Shown in pieces: positions 32,598 to 46,508 of a DNA stretch of 64,000 nucleotides (positions within the stretch are counted from its first letter, which is position 1; each line of letters begins with the position of its first letter). Source of the DNA: Octopus vulgaris (taxonomy: Eukaryota). The stretch is from assembly GCA_951406725.2 (NCBI GenBank), contig OX597832.1:18724001-18788000 (forward strand), given 5' to 3'. The position numbers were made by a program, and so were the translations under genes. Below the pieces are notes generated by a model, which was not told where the DNA came from, searched no databases, and was given only the letters and a program-made list of their open reading frames with translations.

Positions 32598-33049
32598 GTG
32601 AAAAGCAAGAAAATAAGATATAAAACGATAACGTCAGCTCTGATTTATTTCAGTTGTTGACTAAGCAAAGGAATATATCAGACACACCTTCGCATTTTTA
32701 CTCTCCATCTAACACTTAAAACCTCTTTCACTCATTCACCATTACGTAGTAATTGTACGAAGATGAAGTCCCATAATCTGATATCTCTTAAGTTGAATAC
32801 TAATAGGTTTGTAAGTGGACAAATGGGAAGGGGGGGGCGGGAGGAAATCGAAAATTCGGAAGTAAAAAGAAAGGAAAGAAAATATATTTATATTCACCAT
32901 TATTTTGCAGTAGACAATACAAAAAATATGGTAAACAAAGTAATAGGAACAGCTGGAATGGGAAAAAAAAGTGAAAGCTGACATTACATGCAGAAGAACA
33001 ATAACACTAGATCACTTTATTCTTTGAAGAAAGTGATATACACACACAC

Positions 33050-33080
<31 letters not shown>

Positions 33081-33198
33081 AATAGAGAGAGAGAGAGAGA
33101 GAGGTGGCCACATATCTAAATACATGCTCACACGCACGCATATATGTATATATGTATATATATATATATTATATATATATATATATATACATATATGT

Positions 33199-33259
<61 letters not shown>

Positions 33260-34290
33260 TATATATATACATACATATATATATATATATTTGTATGTAT
33301 GTATGTATGTATATATATATATGCATGTATGTATTTAGAAACACCCCACGGATATATGTTATCAAACATAGTCGACATTCATGATCAGGTATATTAAACT
33401 TTAAAATGCTGATATGGAGAACTAAGAAAGAAAAAAAAAAGCAAATACAAAGCTATTTCTTTCGAGCAGAATGACATGACCTGCAAGCTAAGATTACATT
33501 TGTTATTGGAAAGTGGGAAAAAATCTGAAGACTATCCCAAGTAGACTATAATGAATATACAGAAGTATTTGAAGGAATTCGATAAACACCTGGAGAATGA
33601 TATCAAAATATTTTGGTCATAAAAAACTAACTAACTAGAAGCTAATATTAACTAATATAAATCGCTAAAGTTCGACAAGGATTGTGAATATGTAAATAAT
33701 GCGAAGTACAGTTTAGTGCACTGACAAACAGCAATAAGTCTTAAATAGCAACACAGATTTCTACAGGGAAAACTAGGATTGTTATTTTCTCTTTTACTCA
33801 TTTACGTGTTTCAAACTAAAGGCTGATACTTTTGTTTGTTTGTTCGTTTGTTTGTTTATATTCTAAGAATAAGGCGTCTTCAAAAAAATCATTTATATAT
33901 AATCCACGATGAACTGAACTCAAAATGTTAATGATAGGAGAAGACTATGTGACGCTTGATTGTAATTCCTATGAGGTATCATGTTAGCTTCTTCTTCTTC
34001 TAATCAGGACTCACGCCATTAACCACAAAGTATAATCTCTAATTCGAGCCTACTCTAAACTACTAAGAATGCGTGTGGCAACTTGAAGATCCACACACCA
34101 CACGCGATACACTGGCGGTTGCACGGGTGCGAAGGCTACGTTGTTATCTCCATTCCGTAAACGGTTGCTTTTAACGGGTGGAGAGCTGAACCATCCTGGG
34201 GTACAGAGGATTCGCAATCTAGAATAGGGTTTGAAAGTTTACCACACCACTGTGGGTTACACCAGGGTTCCTCTGCTTTGCAGCAGTGGT

Positions 34291-34475
34291 AAGAATAAAG
34301 AGTGAAAGTTGTGGTGAAAGAGTACAGCAGGGTTCACCAACCTCTCCCGCCGGAGCCTCGAGGAGCTTAGGTGTTTTTGCAAAATAAACACTCACAATAC
34401 CCGGTCTGTGAATCGAAACTGCATTCTTACGACAGCGAGTCCGCTGCCCTAACCACTGGGCCATTGCGCCTCCAC
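34291..34475 (-). mobile_element. SINE family C, 5' half
   Basis: Ends aaccactgggccattgcgcctccac, like 9676. Confidence 0.85.
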
Positions 34476-34535
34476 AGCTGATCCTGCTGTCTCAAAGAGA
34501 AGAAATTTAACATAATAACCAAGTACTCAGTATTT

Positions 34536-34581
34536 TTTCTCTAGTTTCAGCTCAGAGCTGCGGCCATGCTGATGCACCGCC
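34536..34581 (-). mobile_element. Isolated CR1-like LINE 3' tail
   Basis: agctcagagctgcggccatgctgatgcaccgcc is near-identical to 21543-21575. Confidence 0.7.
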
Positions 34582-34619
34582 GTTTATACATATGCTGTAA
34601 GATTATTGCTTTCAAAATT

Positions 34620-35285
34620 TTACACAAGGCTCGTAAATTTTACAGAGAGGCTTAGCTGATTACATCCACTCCTGTAATCAAGTGGTTCTTATTTCATCTA
34701 CCCTGAAGGGATGGAAGGCAAAGTGACCTCGGCGGTATTTGAACTCAGAACATAAAGACAGACGAAATACTGCAATGCATTTTGCCCGGCATGCTAAACA
34801 TATGCAGTTAGAATACGACTTCTAATTCCTACATACGCTGAACACCAATTGCATATTACTTATATGGCGAACTGATAAAGTCTGTAGAGCACCAGAAAGA
34901 ACATCATAGTTTATTGTTACGATTCTCTACACTTTGAATTCAGATTGTATCTTGGGTAAATTTGACTTTTATCATTTCGGATCTGATAAAGTGTATCAGC
35001 TTAATTGGATGGCTTTTCGAATCTGTAAGAAGTTATCCAAAATATCTTCCATTATTTTCTGCAATTCCTTGTATTCTGTATTTGGTAGAGTCGTTAGCAT
35101 GCTGGACGAGGTGCTTAGCGTTATATTGCGCTCGACGCTACGTTCTGAGTTCAAATTCGGCGGAGGTCGACTTTGCCTTTTATCCTTTCTGGGTCAATAA
35201 ATTAAGTACCAGTGAAACACTGGGGTCGATGTTAATTGATTCATCCCCTTCCACAAAACTGTTGCTCTTGTTGGCAAAAATTTGA
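34620..35285. mobile_element. Two older family A-related SINEs (minus strand about 34620-34800; plus strand about 35085-35285)
   Basis: Core motifs cctcggcggtatttgaactcagaac and ctgagttcaaattc...gactttgcctttt. Confidence 0.65.
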
Positions 35286-36244
35286 AACCATTATATATTG
35301 TATTATTTATTTTGATTCCCGTCCTAAGAGGCAATTTACATCTCTCGAGTTCTGAAATTTCTTATAATGCAAAAAAATGCAACAGGTATGTTTCGTCTCA
35401 GAGCGACCCAAACCGTTTTTGTTCGTGTATATTTAACATAAGATTTTCTTCGAAAATCTTTCACATATTTAGCTGTTGCTGAGAAATTTCCTAGGAGGAA
35501 CATTCCCTAGAGGAGGCAGGTTACCTCGATTACCAAACACCATTTCAAATTAAGTAGTCGTTTTACATCGCAAGCACCCACCTTCGTTTCTTCTCCGGCC
35601 AGTACAAACAGTTCTGCTGGATATACAGTTTCAAGAAGACCAGGGGTTGGACATGAATCACAAAGATGTTTCTGAGAATCTTCCTTAGATTCTTGAGCAA
35701 ATCCCTAGAACAGGCACAACTCTGTTTGACTAGGTATGCGTGTCTGGCTATATATGAGCGAGTGACTATGTATATGTCTGGGAGTGTATGTACCAGTAAT
35801 TTTGACCGGAATCCGGTTGATATTCAAACTCTTTTGTCTATGAACGGAGGCAAAGACCCTAACATGTGAGTAGCTTATTTACCAATTAACAAAGTAGAAA
35901 ATAGTATGCAATGAAACAAAACACATGACTAACCCAGCATAATTATAGTCTTATACGCTAAACCAATAAAGTATGAGCGGCTGTATGCCTTTCTTTCTCT
36001 CCTACTTTATTTATTTCACTCTCTTTCTCTCTCTCTTTCTCACTCTCTCTAGCTCTCTCTGTAACTCCAAATGTACGTATGTATGCATTTATATGTATGT
36101 ATGTATGCATGAATATATGTATGTATGTATGTCTGTATGTATGTATGTATGTATGTATGTATGTATATGTCTGTGTGTGTGTGTCTGTGTGTGTGTGTAT
36201 GTATGTGTGTATATGTATATATACATATATGTTTTATATATATT

Positions 36245-36595
36245 TTCTTTTATTCTTTAATTTATTTCAGTCATTTGACTGCGGCTATACTGGAGCACCG
36301 CCTTTAGTCGAGCAAATTTTCCCCAGTCATATTTTAATAAGCCTAGTACTTATTCTATCGTTCTTTCTTGCTGAACCGGTAAGTTACAGGGACCTAAACA
36401 CACCAGCAGCGGTTGTCATGCACAGACACACAAACATATACACATATATAGGACGGACTTCACAAGGATTTGGTCGGCCCGAGGCTATAGTAGAATATAG
36501 TAGAAGACACTTTCTCGAGGTACCATGCAGTGGGACTGAACCCGGAACCATGTGGTTGGTAAGCAAGTTACTTACCACGCTCCTATTCCAGTGCC
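36245..36595 (-). mobile_element. SINE family B with internal deletions
   Basis: Reverse-complement tail tttcagtcatttgactgcggc and head gggactgaacccggaaccatgtggttggtaagc. Confidence 0.82.
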
Positions 36596-36634
36596 TCACA
36601 CACACACATGTGAGTTTGTGCCTGTGTGTTTGTG

Positions 36635-36697
<63 letters not shown>

Positions 36698-36877
36698 TTA
36701 TGTATATATGTATATAAGTGTGTATGTTTGTGTACATATATATATATATATATACATATATTCATATACATGTAACTATGTTTCGCAAGTTATATACACA
36801 TTCGTAGATATACATACACACACACACACATATATATATATATGTATATGTATATCTATCTATATATATTATATTAA

Positions 36878-36908
<31 letters not shown>

Positions 36909-37343
36909 AATTCGTATGTATGTAATTATGTACACATGCATGTATATTCATGCAGAATGATATACACTTATATCTACATGTGTAATTCATTATGTCTTTG
37001 TGATCCTCTCACCTTTGTCAGTCGCATGACAGTCCTGTGATCAAAGGGGCGTTTCAGAGTGTAACATTCCTCTGATTCCTTCGTCATATGCCGACACTTC
37101 ACATAGTTTTATTTATTTACTTTTACAAAACATACTTTAAATTTTCCTGTAAAATATCTTGTTGACAGCAAACGAATTTCGTAGGAACTTCATTTTCTAT
37201 TAATTTTTCCTCTGCTTTTTTTTTTCTGATACTACCTTCCATTAACTCTTTCGATCCTCTTGTCCAACTCACTGCTTCTGGCTCTGTGTTTCACTGTGTT
37301 GCTTTCTGGCTGCCTCTATGTCTGTCCGGCAGTCTTTCTACCA

Positions 37344-37403
<60 letters not shown>

Positions 37404-37893
37404 CCTCTCTAAGTATCTATAACATGCTTTTTCAGAAAATGCGGAAACCCTTCATCATATTTTTGTATGTTATACTCTCACACTAGTGTACCAATCTAGT
37501 GCTAGATAACAAGATCCTAACACGCATAAAATCACCCACACGTTCCCTCATGCACTAACATATAGACACACATGCTCGCACACACATACACACACACACA
37601 CACACACACAGACACACACACACAGACACACACACACGCACACACACACACCACAGTATGCTACACAATGAGACAACCCAAGTAAAACCACTTAAAAAAG
37701 ATTCCAGCAATTCCTTAGAAATTTCAAACATCTTATATTTCAGTACAATTTAAGATACGTCTATTATTTCGGACTATTTTTGGTTTATTAGTCTCTAATT
37801 TTCCTGTTCATAAATATCCAAACAAGCGTATACGCTTGTTTATAGCAGACTTCATAATATGACATGCTTGTGATGTATTCTACTTGCCATTCC

Positions 37894-38275
37894 GTGGAGG
37901 CGCAATGGCCCAGTGGTTAGGGCAGCGGACTCCCGGTCGTAGGATCGCGGTTTCCATTCCCAGACTGGGTGTTGCTAGTGTGTATTAAGCGAAGATACCT
38001 AAAGCTTCACGAAGCTCCGGCAAGGGATGATGGTGGCGAACTCTGCTGTACTCTTTCGCCACAACTTTCTCTTACTCTTTCTTCCTGTTACTGTTGAATA
38101 TGTATTTCGAAGGGTCAGCCTTGTCACATTCTGTGCCACACTGAATCTTCCCGAGAACTGTGTTAATGGTACACGTATCTGTGGAGTACTCTGCCACTTG
38201 CACGTTGATTTCACGAGCAGGCTGTTCCGTTGATCAGATCAAATTGAACTCTCGATATCGTAACCGACGGTGTGT
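37894..38275 (+). mobile_element. SINE family C, full length
   Basis: tRNA-like head gtggaggcgcaatggcccagtggttagggcagcggact; colinear with 9289-9676. Confidence 0.88.
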
Positions 38276-38659
38276 CATGACTTGCAATTTCATTTTCTAC
38301 TATATCAGTATAGCTTCCATTCTTATTCCCTGTGGAATGTTATGTAAAATTTCAGTACCATTCACAAGAGTTTTTCTATTTCTTTTTATATTTTCGCCCT
38401 CTATCCCAAGGTTTTGTGATAGCACTTTTTGTTAAATATTTTGTCAACTGAGAAGTAAATGTACTTCTGTAGACAATGTAATCTTTCGCGTAGTGTAGTT
38501 TACAGATTGCATCTTTTCAGTGAAAATTCTTTTACTTAACTAATATAAGCCTTATTCTTTATTTTTTCTGGATAAGGGGGATTTTTTAGATTAATCAACA
38601 ATATTTCATTCTACTGTTATTATGATATATGATATTAGGTAGCGATTATCTGTAACAGC

Positions 38660-38990
38660 CACTCTGCCGTTTGCGACGAAGAGACTTCCCCTTGATCCAA
38701 TCAAAAGAGGAGGCTGTTCATGAAGTTGACGTGTATGCAGCTGAGCACTCAACATACACGTTTACCCTTAAAGAAGTTCTCAGAGAGATTCAGCATGATA
38801 CAGTATAACAAGACTGGCCCTTTGAATTGCAAGTACAATTCCCTTTTGTCACCAGATTGGGCTTGTGCGATGTGAAATAAAGCATCCTGTTTGATGACAA
38901 CACGCACCGCCTATATCGAAGTCTCGACCTAAAGATCGTGAGGCGAAAATCCTTAAGCACTAAACTACGAGACTTCAAACACAATGGTTA
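38660..38990 (-). mobile_element. Degenerate family C-related SINE
   Basis: aggctgttcatgaagttgacgtg...gctgagcactc...acccttaa...gttctc resembles 9345-9440. Confidence 0.55.
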
Positions 38991-39008
38991 GTTATGTTAC
39001 ATAAGTAG

Positions 39009-39132
39009 AGTAATCCCTCGCCATATCGCGGTTCACCTATTGCGGTTAACCTGTCGCGGTTTATTATTTAAGCTTACGTCGATTCCTTCGCGGTGTTGAT
39101 TTGCATTTATAATAAAATAAATATATACAAAT

Positions 39133-39209
<77 letters not shown>

Positions 39210-39235
39210 TGATGATAATAATAATAATGATGATG

Positions 39236-39323
<88 letters not shown>

Positions 39324-39383
39324 CAACAATAATAATATACAGTACAGTACTGTTTCTACTTCACGGATTTTCACCTATCGCGA
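39009..39383. mobile_element. Probable non-autonomous DNA transposon fragment (pogo/Tigger-like terminus) interrupted by (AAT)n
   Basis: agtaatccctcgccatatcgcggttcacctattgcgg resembles CAGT-type Tigger TIRs; ttcacctatcgcg is repeated at about 39370; the opposite TIR was not seen. Confidence 0.4.
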
Positions 39384-39384
39384 A

Positions 39385-39508
39385 TAAATAAATACCAGGC
39401 TTATAAAGAATAAATCCTGGCGTCGATTTATTCGACTAAAACTCCTGAAGTTTTTGCCCCAGCTTGCTTGCAGTCAAATAACTGAAACAAGTGAAAGAAT
39501 GAAAGAAT
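39385..39508 (+). mobile_element. 3' fragment of SINE family B
   Basis: taccaggcttataaagaataaatcctgg...cagtcaaataactgaaacaagtgaaaga. Confidence 0.7.
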
Positions 39509-39680
39509 TTCGTGTACGTATGTATATACGCACACATATATAAATTGTGTACCGTAATTTTGTGATCTAAGTTCATGTTAGATCTCAGTTCGAAAGCAAA
39601 TAGAAGGCAGAAAATATTTCCAAGATCATTTTGAAATCTACCACTGTACTCATCGCTTTTCTTTTCCCAAAATATATATA

Positions 39681-40093
39681 TTTCTTTACTACCCACAAGG
39701 GGCTAAACATAGAGGGGACGAACAAGGACAGATAAATGGATTAAGTCGATTATATCGACCCCAGTACGAAACTGGTACTTTATTTATCGACCCCGAAAGA
39801 ATGAAAGGCAAAGTCGACCTCGAAGGAATTTGAACTCAGAACTTAACGGCAGACGAAATACCTATTTCTTTACTACCCACAAGGGGCTAAACATAGAGGG
39901 GACAAACAAGGACAGACAAAGGGATTAAGTCGATTAAATCGACCCCAGTGCGAAGCTGGTACTTTATTTATCGACTCCGAAAGGATGAAAGGCAAAGTCG
40001 ACCTCGTCGGAATTTGAACTCAGAACGTAACGGCAGACGAACTACCACTAAGCATGAAGCCCGGCGCGCTAACGTTTCTGCCAGCTCGCCGCC
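39681..40093 (-). mobile_element. SINE family A, body duplicated (period 184 bp)
   Basis: tttctttactacccac at 39681 and 39865; head ctgccagctcgccgcc at about 40078-93. Confidence 0.9.
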
Positions 40094-41599
40094 TTTTTTC
40101 ACAATATATATATTCATTATCTAATGTATAGAACGTGGTAATGCCTTTAATTGTCACTTGATCTGTAGTAACTAACATACTTGAATTTTGGGAATGGAAC
40201 ATCTTTACACTGTCACTCTCTCTGAATGAGAATATAGCTAAACATTTAAAAAGCGACGGCCAACAAAAGCTTGTTCATAGTGATATGAACAGTATATTAT
40301 ATGATGTGTTTTCACTCTATTCCAATTTATATTTATGATGTCCGTTGTTGGGATGTTCCTGCAAAGTTCTTGGATATCCTTGCTTGAAATGTTACAATGT
40401 TAATCAGCATCCTGAAGAAATTTCCTGTAGCTACTCTGCTGATCTTGTATTCTATCTAAATGGTAAATAATTCTTTATGACCTCCAGCTTGCGTTTGTTA
40501 CGTCTGTTTGCGTGCGTCTTTGATTTTGCGAGATTTTAGGTCACAAAGGATAATTTAGTTACGCCGTCTTAATAGTACCATAAGCGTATGCAGGACTAAA
40601 ACTCTCCTTCTCTGAAGTGGAAGTGGATCTCTCCTATCTTATCGTTAGAGGCAATAATTAATTTATTCAGTTTAGCTTGTAGTTGAGCTCGCTATCTTTA
40701 TAAGCGTTGACGAATCGGCCATTAACGTCAACTATGCTATTTATGTTCATGATATATTCATCGTTATCCATATTAATTATTTCCAGGATCGTTTATGACA
40801 TAGTTCAAAGCATATGAACAATAAGCCATTATCAGCATCATTTATTTTGAAGACGGGATGGTGAAAGCCTAAAAAGGTTTATAATACATTAATTGATTTT
40901 TGGAATGTTATCAATCCAAAATAGACTTATTCCGCTAATAAAGAGATTTGAAAAATATGATACAATGACCGAACCTAGAATTGCACGCGATGCGTTTAGA
41001 AAACTCCTCCCTCGTAAACACTAACACCGTCTTTTCTATTATATTCGAGACTTCTTATCAGGTTCATATCATGGAGCCTATAGTTAGCGATTCCTCTATG
41101 ACACGCTCCCTCAATCAAAATCTGCGTATCTTCAAGTTTTGACGCCAATTCCGTACGCATCTATCATGCAGAGATTCCTAAAATATCCAAAATATTTACC
41201 ACAGTCTACGTACATTCAACGGTATAAAGCACAACCATTATAGGGAGAAATTATCTTACATACAGAGAGAGCATCAGAAAACGAAACACACCTTAATGTC
41301 ACCATTACTGAAATACAACCTATGAATACTAGGTTTCACACTCTCCGAAAATCTCTCCATCACAAGACTAGTCTCTTGCTTCATGACCACCAGATGCTAG
41401 GATTGCCTAACTATTAAAACTCTACAGTGACCAAGAAGGGAATAAAGAATTTATATTAGGAACAAACTTAGGTCTCCACTCTCACAACCCTTTTCAAGTG
41501 ATACAAACGTTTCCAAGTTTTAGTAAGATTCTGTGATTAATCAAACTTCTGTTTTTATTTCTTGTTTCTTTTTTTTTATATTTCCCATTGTCTACAATA

Positions 41600-41978
41600 G
41601 GCGTAGGAGATGCTGTGTGGTAAGTAGCTTGCTTACCAACCACATGGTTCCGGGTTCAGTCCCACTGCATGGCACCTTGTGCAAGTGTCTTCTACTATAG
41701 CTCCGGGTCGGCCAAAGCCTTGTGAGTGGATTTGGTAGACGGAAACTGAAAGAAGCCCGTCGTATATATGTATATATACATATATGTACGTGTGTGTACA
41801 TGTTTGTGTGTATGTGTTTGTCCCCCAACATCGCTTGACAACCGATGCTGGTGTGTAACTTACCAGTTCGGCAAAAACGACCGATAGAATAAGTGCTAGG
41901 CTTACAAAGAATAAGTCCTGGGGTTGATTTGCTCGAGTAAAGACGTTGCTCCAGAATGGCCACAGTCATATGAGTAAA
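41600..41978 (+). mobile_element. SINE family B
   Basis: Colinear with the other copies. Confidence 0.88.
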
Positions 41979-42420
41979 ACATTATTATAAAAGCGCATAC
42001 TGAACTAAATAATTTATTTCTATTAATTTCGGTCATGTAAAATGCTCTGATGATGACCATTGTTGACACTTGAAAAATACCACATTGAGGGTGGAGTAAA
42101 AATATGAAAATCACTAGCATTATAAAGGAGATAATTTGGGAAATGAAAAGGTGCTCATATTGATACAAGTTCTGCATTTCAACGGAAACAATCTGTAAGG
42201 GAGAAGAGAAGAAAGTGTGTGCGAACTCACATTGAATGGAGTTGTATGTGGCCCGAAAAATCCAAAAATACAAACTGAACTGGTAGCTATACAAAATATT
42301 AAGAGAGGAGACAGTATTTGCCAGTGTTTGAGTTGGTTGGCAATGGATTTCCATTGGTCACCCTGGTGGTCTTGGTGTAGGATGAGATCAAGGCCTTATG
42401 CTTTGTAATGTCACATCTTG

Positions 42421-42656
42421 TGTTGTGTCCGAGAGGGAGTCATTTCCTTTTTGTGCCTTATAATGTAACACACTCACCAGTAAAATTTCCACTTATTTTT
42501 TATTTTTATTTTCCTAAAATTTTCGTTGCGTCGTGCAAGGTTGCAAAATTCAACGAAAAGTTTATGAAATAAAAATAAGAAGTAAGTGGAAATTTTACCG
42601 GTGAGTGTGTTACATTATAAGGTACAAAAAGAAAATTACTCTCCCCAGACACAACA
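42421..42656. repeat. Diverged head-to-head inverted repeat, arms about 108 bp or longer, centre near 42539-42540
   Basis: 42421-42528 (tgttgtgtcc...aattttcgttg) is the reverse complement of 42551-42656 with scattered mismatches. tgcaa/ttgca also pair across the centre. Confidence 0.9.
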
Positions 42657-43384
42657 GAATATGCTTCAACACATGAACCCTTATAAAGACTCTTGCAAAC
42701 CAAATGCAAAAACGAAAAGTCACATCTGTTATCCCGTTAGAGTAATGGGACAACAGATTTTAAAACAGGTAAAAATATTTAAATTATTAAAGGCAAAAAA
42801 CGAGACTTCATCAATATTATTTTCAGGCACAGGTGAATTACCTATCTAGATATAAATAAATATGCATATATTAGTAATGAGGTGACCTGGATCGTGTTAG
42901 AATATATAATTGACAGAATATAAATTAGAAATTATTGATTTACCATAATTTTATTTAGGACAAACAACACAATATGAATAAATAATTATATTAGAAAATG
43001 TTTTATATATCATACTGCAAATAGAAATATTTATTCTTCTGTAAAAAATTTTAAAGCTTCTGGTTTTTATACGGTTAATATGACTATTAAAACCATGAAA
43101 TATGAATGAACACCGTACGGTGGTATCCAATTGCTGTTTCGAATCAGTTGTAATATGTTTCTCATTACATTTCCGAATCTGAATTTTATGCGTGTATCGT
43201 TTTCTAGCAAATGTAAGCGAGATGCATTGAATGAATAAGTATATAAAGGTTTTCATCTCTTGGAGAAAGGTCCTCCTCCAAAACCCACTAAAAAGTATTT
43301 GCTCGATCAGGAGTTATCACCCGGTGGGATAGAACCCGATCTTGCAAGCAAGAGGAGACGAAACGTTTGCGAATAATTTCTATA

Positions 43385-43948
<564 letters not shown>

Positions 43949-44356
43949 TTATATCTATTTACATTGCATACCCCTGCGCCTATATATCTATTTGCAGTGC
44001 ATACAAAGTAGAACGCAGTTTTGCATCTAATTACAATATATATAACAAGCTAAAAGTATGGAATAATAGGGTTAAATTGAGATGCAATATAATGTACATA
44101 TTAATGAGTATGCAATTTTAACCGATGCGTAAGTATAAAACGAGTGAGCAGCACATGTTTTGTATCTAAATATGAATGGATTAATCTAGTTTGCATGCTT
44201 TACTAGTTCCAGGTTGCATGTACTATACAACAAATACACGGACAATTATGCGTACATTCATTTGAATTATAGACGCACAACATGCACCAATGTATATGCA
44301 TGTATACGCGAGCAATGTTACCTATATATGTATGCATGTATGTATCTATGTATGTA

Positions 44357-44399
<43 letters not shown>

Positions 44400-44406
44400 G
44401 TATTTG

Positions 44407-44465
<59 letters not shown>

Positions 44466-44491
44466 AATAGATATATATATATATATATATA

Positions 44492-44745
44492 TGATGGCCG
44501 TTCACTTGTGATTGTGGAAGACCGTTGTTGACGTTCAGGAACTTATATTTTGCATTTTCAGCTTAGTTGGTGGCTAATGAGCCTTGCTCTTGACAAGCAC
44601 ACACGACTGCAAACATTGCAAACCAAGCTTTCCCCATTCACTAAAGTGACTTCGAACTTTTGGTCAGGTAAGCCGTCACTCAATTTTAATGCATTTAAAT
44701 TCATCTCGGCCTCATGTAGTCTCCGTTATGTTGAAAATTTGTAGG
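44492..44745 (-). mobile_element. 3' end of an RTE-type LINE (C-terminal zinc-finger remnant)
   Basis: Minus frame reads RRLHEAEMN...GESLVCNVCSRVCLSRARLISHQLS* (cf. C..C.R.C.S..GL.SH.R.H at RTE ORF ends), with a short 3' UTR running into cat(at)n. Confidence 0.6.
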
Positions 44746-45479
44746 ATATCGCAAGGTCTGTTGAATCATAATTAGACTTATGGTAGGTTGTCTTAGCAAG
44801 AATGTGTACAGAATATTTATTGATTCAATTTAAGAAGTGTTAATTGTTAGAATTGATTCACGCATGAAATGATTTGTAAGTAGGTGTATTTAGGTATGTC
44901 AGTTTCAGGTCATAAGGGTTAACAAGAGAATGTAGTTAGGTTGTTGGGTAACAGATTTGGTTGTGTTTAGATAATGATAGGATATTTTCCTTTTGGTTTG
45001 AACATGTGAAGTTTAAATCCCAGAATTCAGTGTAGTGTTTTCACATTTGTCATGAGATGCGTTTAGGGGTTTGTCAGTTTTTAAGGTATAAGAATTTAAA
45101 TGTTCAGAAAAGGAATGTATGAAGATGGTAAAGTTTAGTAAGTAAGCAGATTCGTATTATTCATATAATTTTTTATTTGTTTATATTGAGAGGTGTTGGT
45201 CATTATTTCAGCATATCGCATGGTCATTAGTATGGAAATTTTGGTAATTATACGTTTTAATGTTCACTATATTATTTATTTAGGTTTGAATATTCTTGGT
45301 CAGCTTATATTTCACACATACACAGATATAGTCACACAAACACATGCACACATACATACGTAAATATGTACAAACACACTCCCTCTCACACACACATACA
45401 CACACGCACAGATACCTACGAACAAACACATATGGGGGTGCACACGTATGAATATACGCATAAATATATATGTGGCTCC

Positions 45480-45720
45480 GCAGCTAGGGTACTAATTTCA
45501 TGAACGGTCGTGTGTGGAACAAGACACATGCTCCAGTTTACTCAGTAGGTAAAAATTAGCTTTACCCATAATTCAAAAAGCCAGCTGTGTCACACTGACT
45601 CTCCCTAAGATCCATGTTAAAGGCATGCGCATCTGTGGGGTGTTCAGCCAATTTCATGTTAATTTCAAGGGCAGAGAGTTTTCTCGATTGATCTGTAATG
45701 CTCGTTGTCGTAACCGCCAA
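45480..45720 (+). mobile_element. Degenerate family C/D-related SINE
   Basis: tgtcacactga...gttaaagg...atctgtggggtgttcagcca...gttaatttca...gtcgtaaccg matches the family C 3' half. Confidence 0.5.
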
Positions 45721-46156
45721 AGGACCAGGCGTACACAAACACTCGCACGCTCACGCACACACACACTCACACACATATGTATATTTATGTATATGTATAT
45801 AACTACACCCTTATGTTCATGTATATACGTGTATGTGCGTGTGTATATGTATATGTAGATAGACAGACAGATAAATAGTTAGGTAGGAAGATAGATTAAT
45901 ATATATCTATCTAACTATCTATATATAATAGAAATATTAAAATTACTAAGTCTCTCTAAAAGAGAACAACGGCAGCGTTCCCGGAAAATAATAGTTATCA
46001 CCATACTAATATGGCATTCTTATAAAAATAAGAATAAAGCTGTCCGCTTATTAGCTCCATGAGGCCATCGCCTTAAGTTAGCTATTTGCTACACAAACTG
46101 TATCCATATAACCTTCGAACAAGGGAGGTCAGTCGCTCCACACTACTTGACCGGCA

Positions 46157-46197
46157 GCTACAGACGCGTTTCGGGGTATTGCCCCTTTTCAATGCAA
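46157..46197 (-). ncRNA. Second copy of the same hammerhead ribozyme, 5' arm of stem I truncated at the inversion junction
   Basis: Minus strand reads ttgca-TTGAAAA-GGGGcaataCCCC-GAAA-CGCG-TC-tgtagc. About 5 bp of stem I remain; predicted cleavage after C at 46163. Confidence 0.75.
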
Positions 46198-46508
46198 GTA
46201 GTGTGGAGCGACTGACCTCCCTTGTTCGAAGGTTATATGGATACAGTTTGTGTATCAAATAGCTAACTTAAGGCGATGGCCTCATGGAGCTAATAAGCGG
46301 ACAGCTTTATTCTTATTTTTATAAGAATGCCATATTAGTATGGCGATAACTATTATTTTCCGGGAACGCTGCCGTTGTTCTCTTTTAGAGAGACTTAGTA
46401 ATTTTAATATTTCTATTATTGAAAACAAGTGGATGTATTCCACCGAAGCTAGGTAAATAAAACCTTCGAACAGAGATTGTCAGAAGCGACACCTACTGGT
46501 CTGGCCAC

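Noticed and set aside
37894-37970. tRNA gene (also at 9600-9676, 30193 and 34400-34475)
   Set aside because: A/B boxes are present but there is no complete cloverleaf, and each continues into a shared SINE body.
46390-46456. C-terminus of a GIY-YIG endonuclease inside the 363-nt unit (…IIENKWMYSTEAR*)
   Set aside because: Too short and lacking the typical terminal LN motif, so it cannot be used as evidence for an autonomous Penelope origin.
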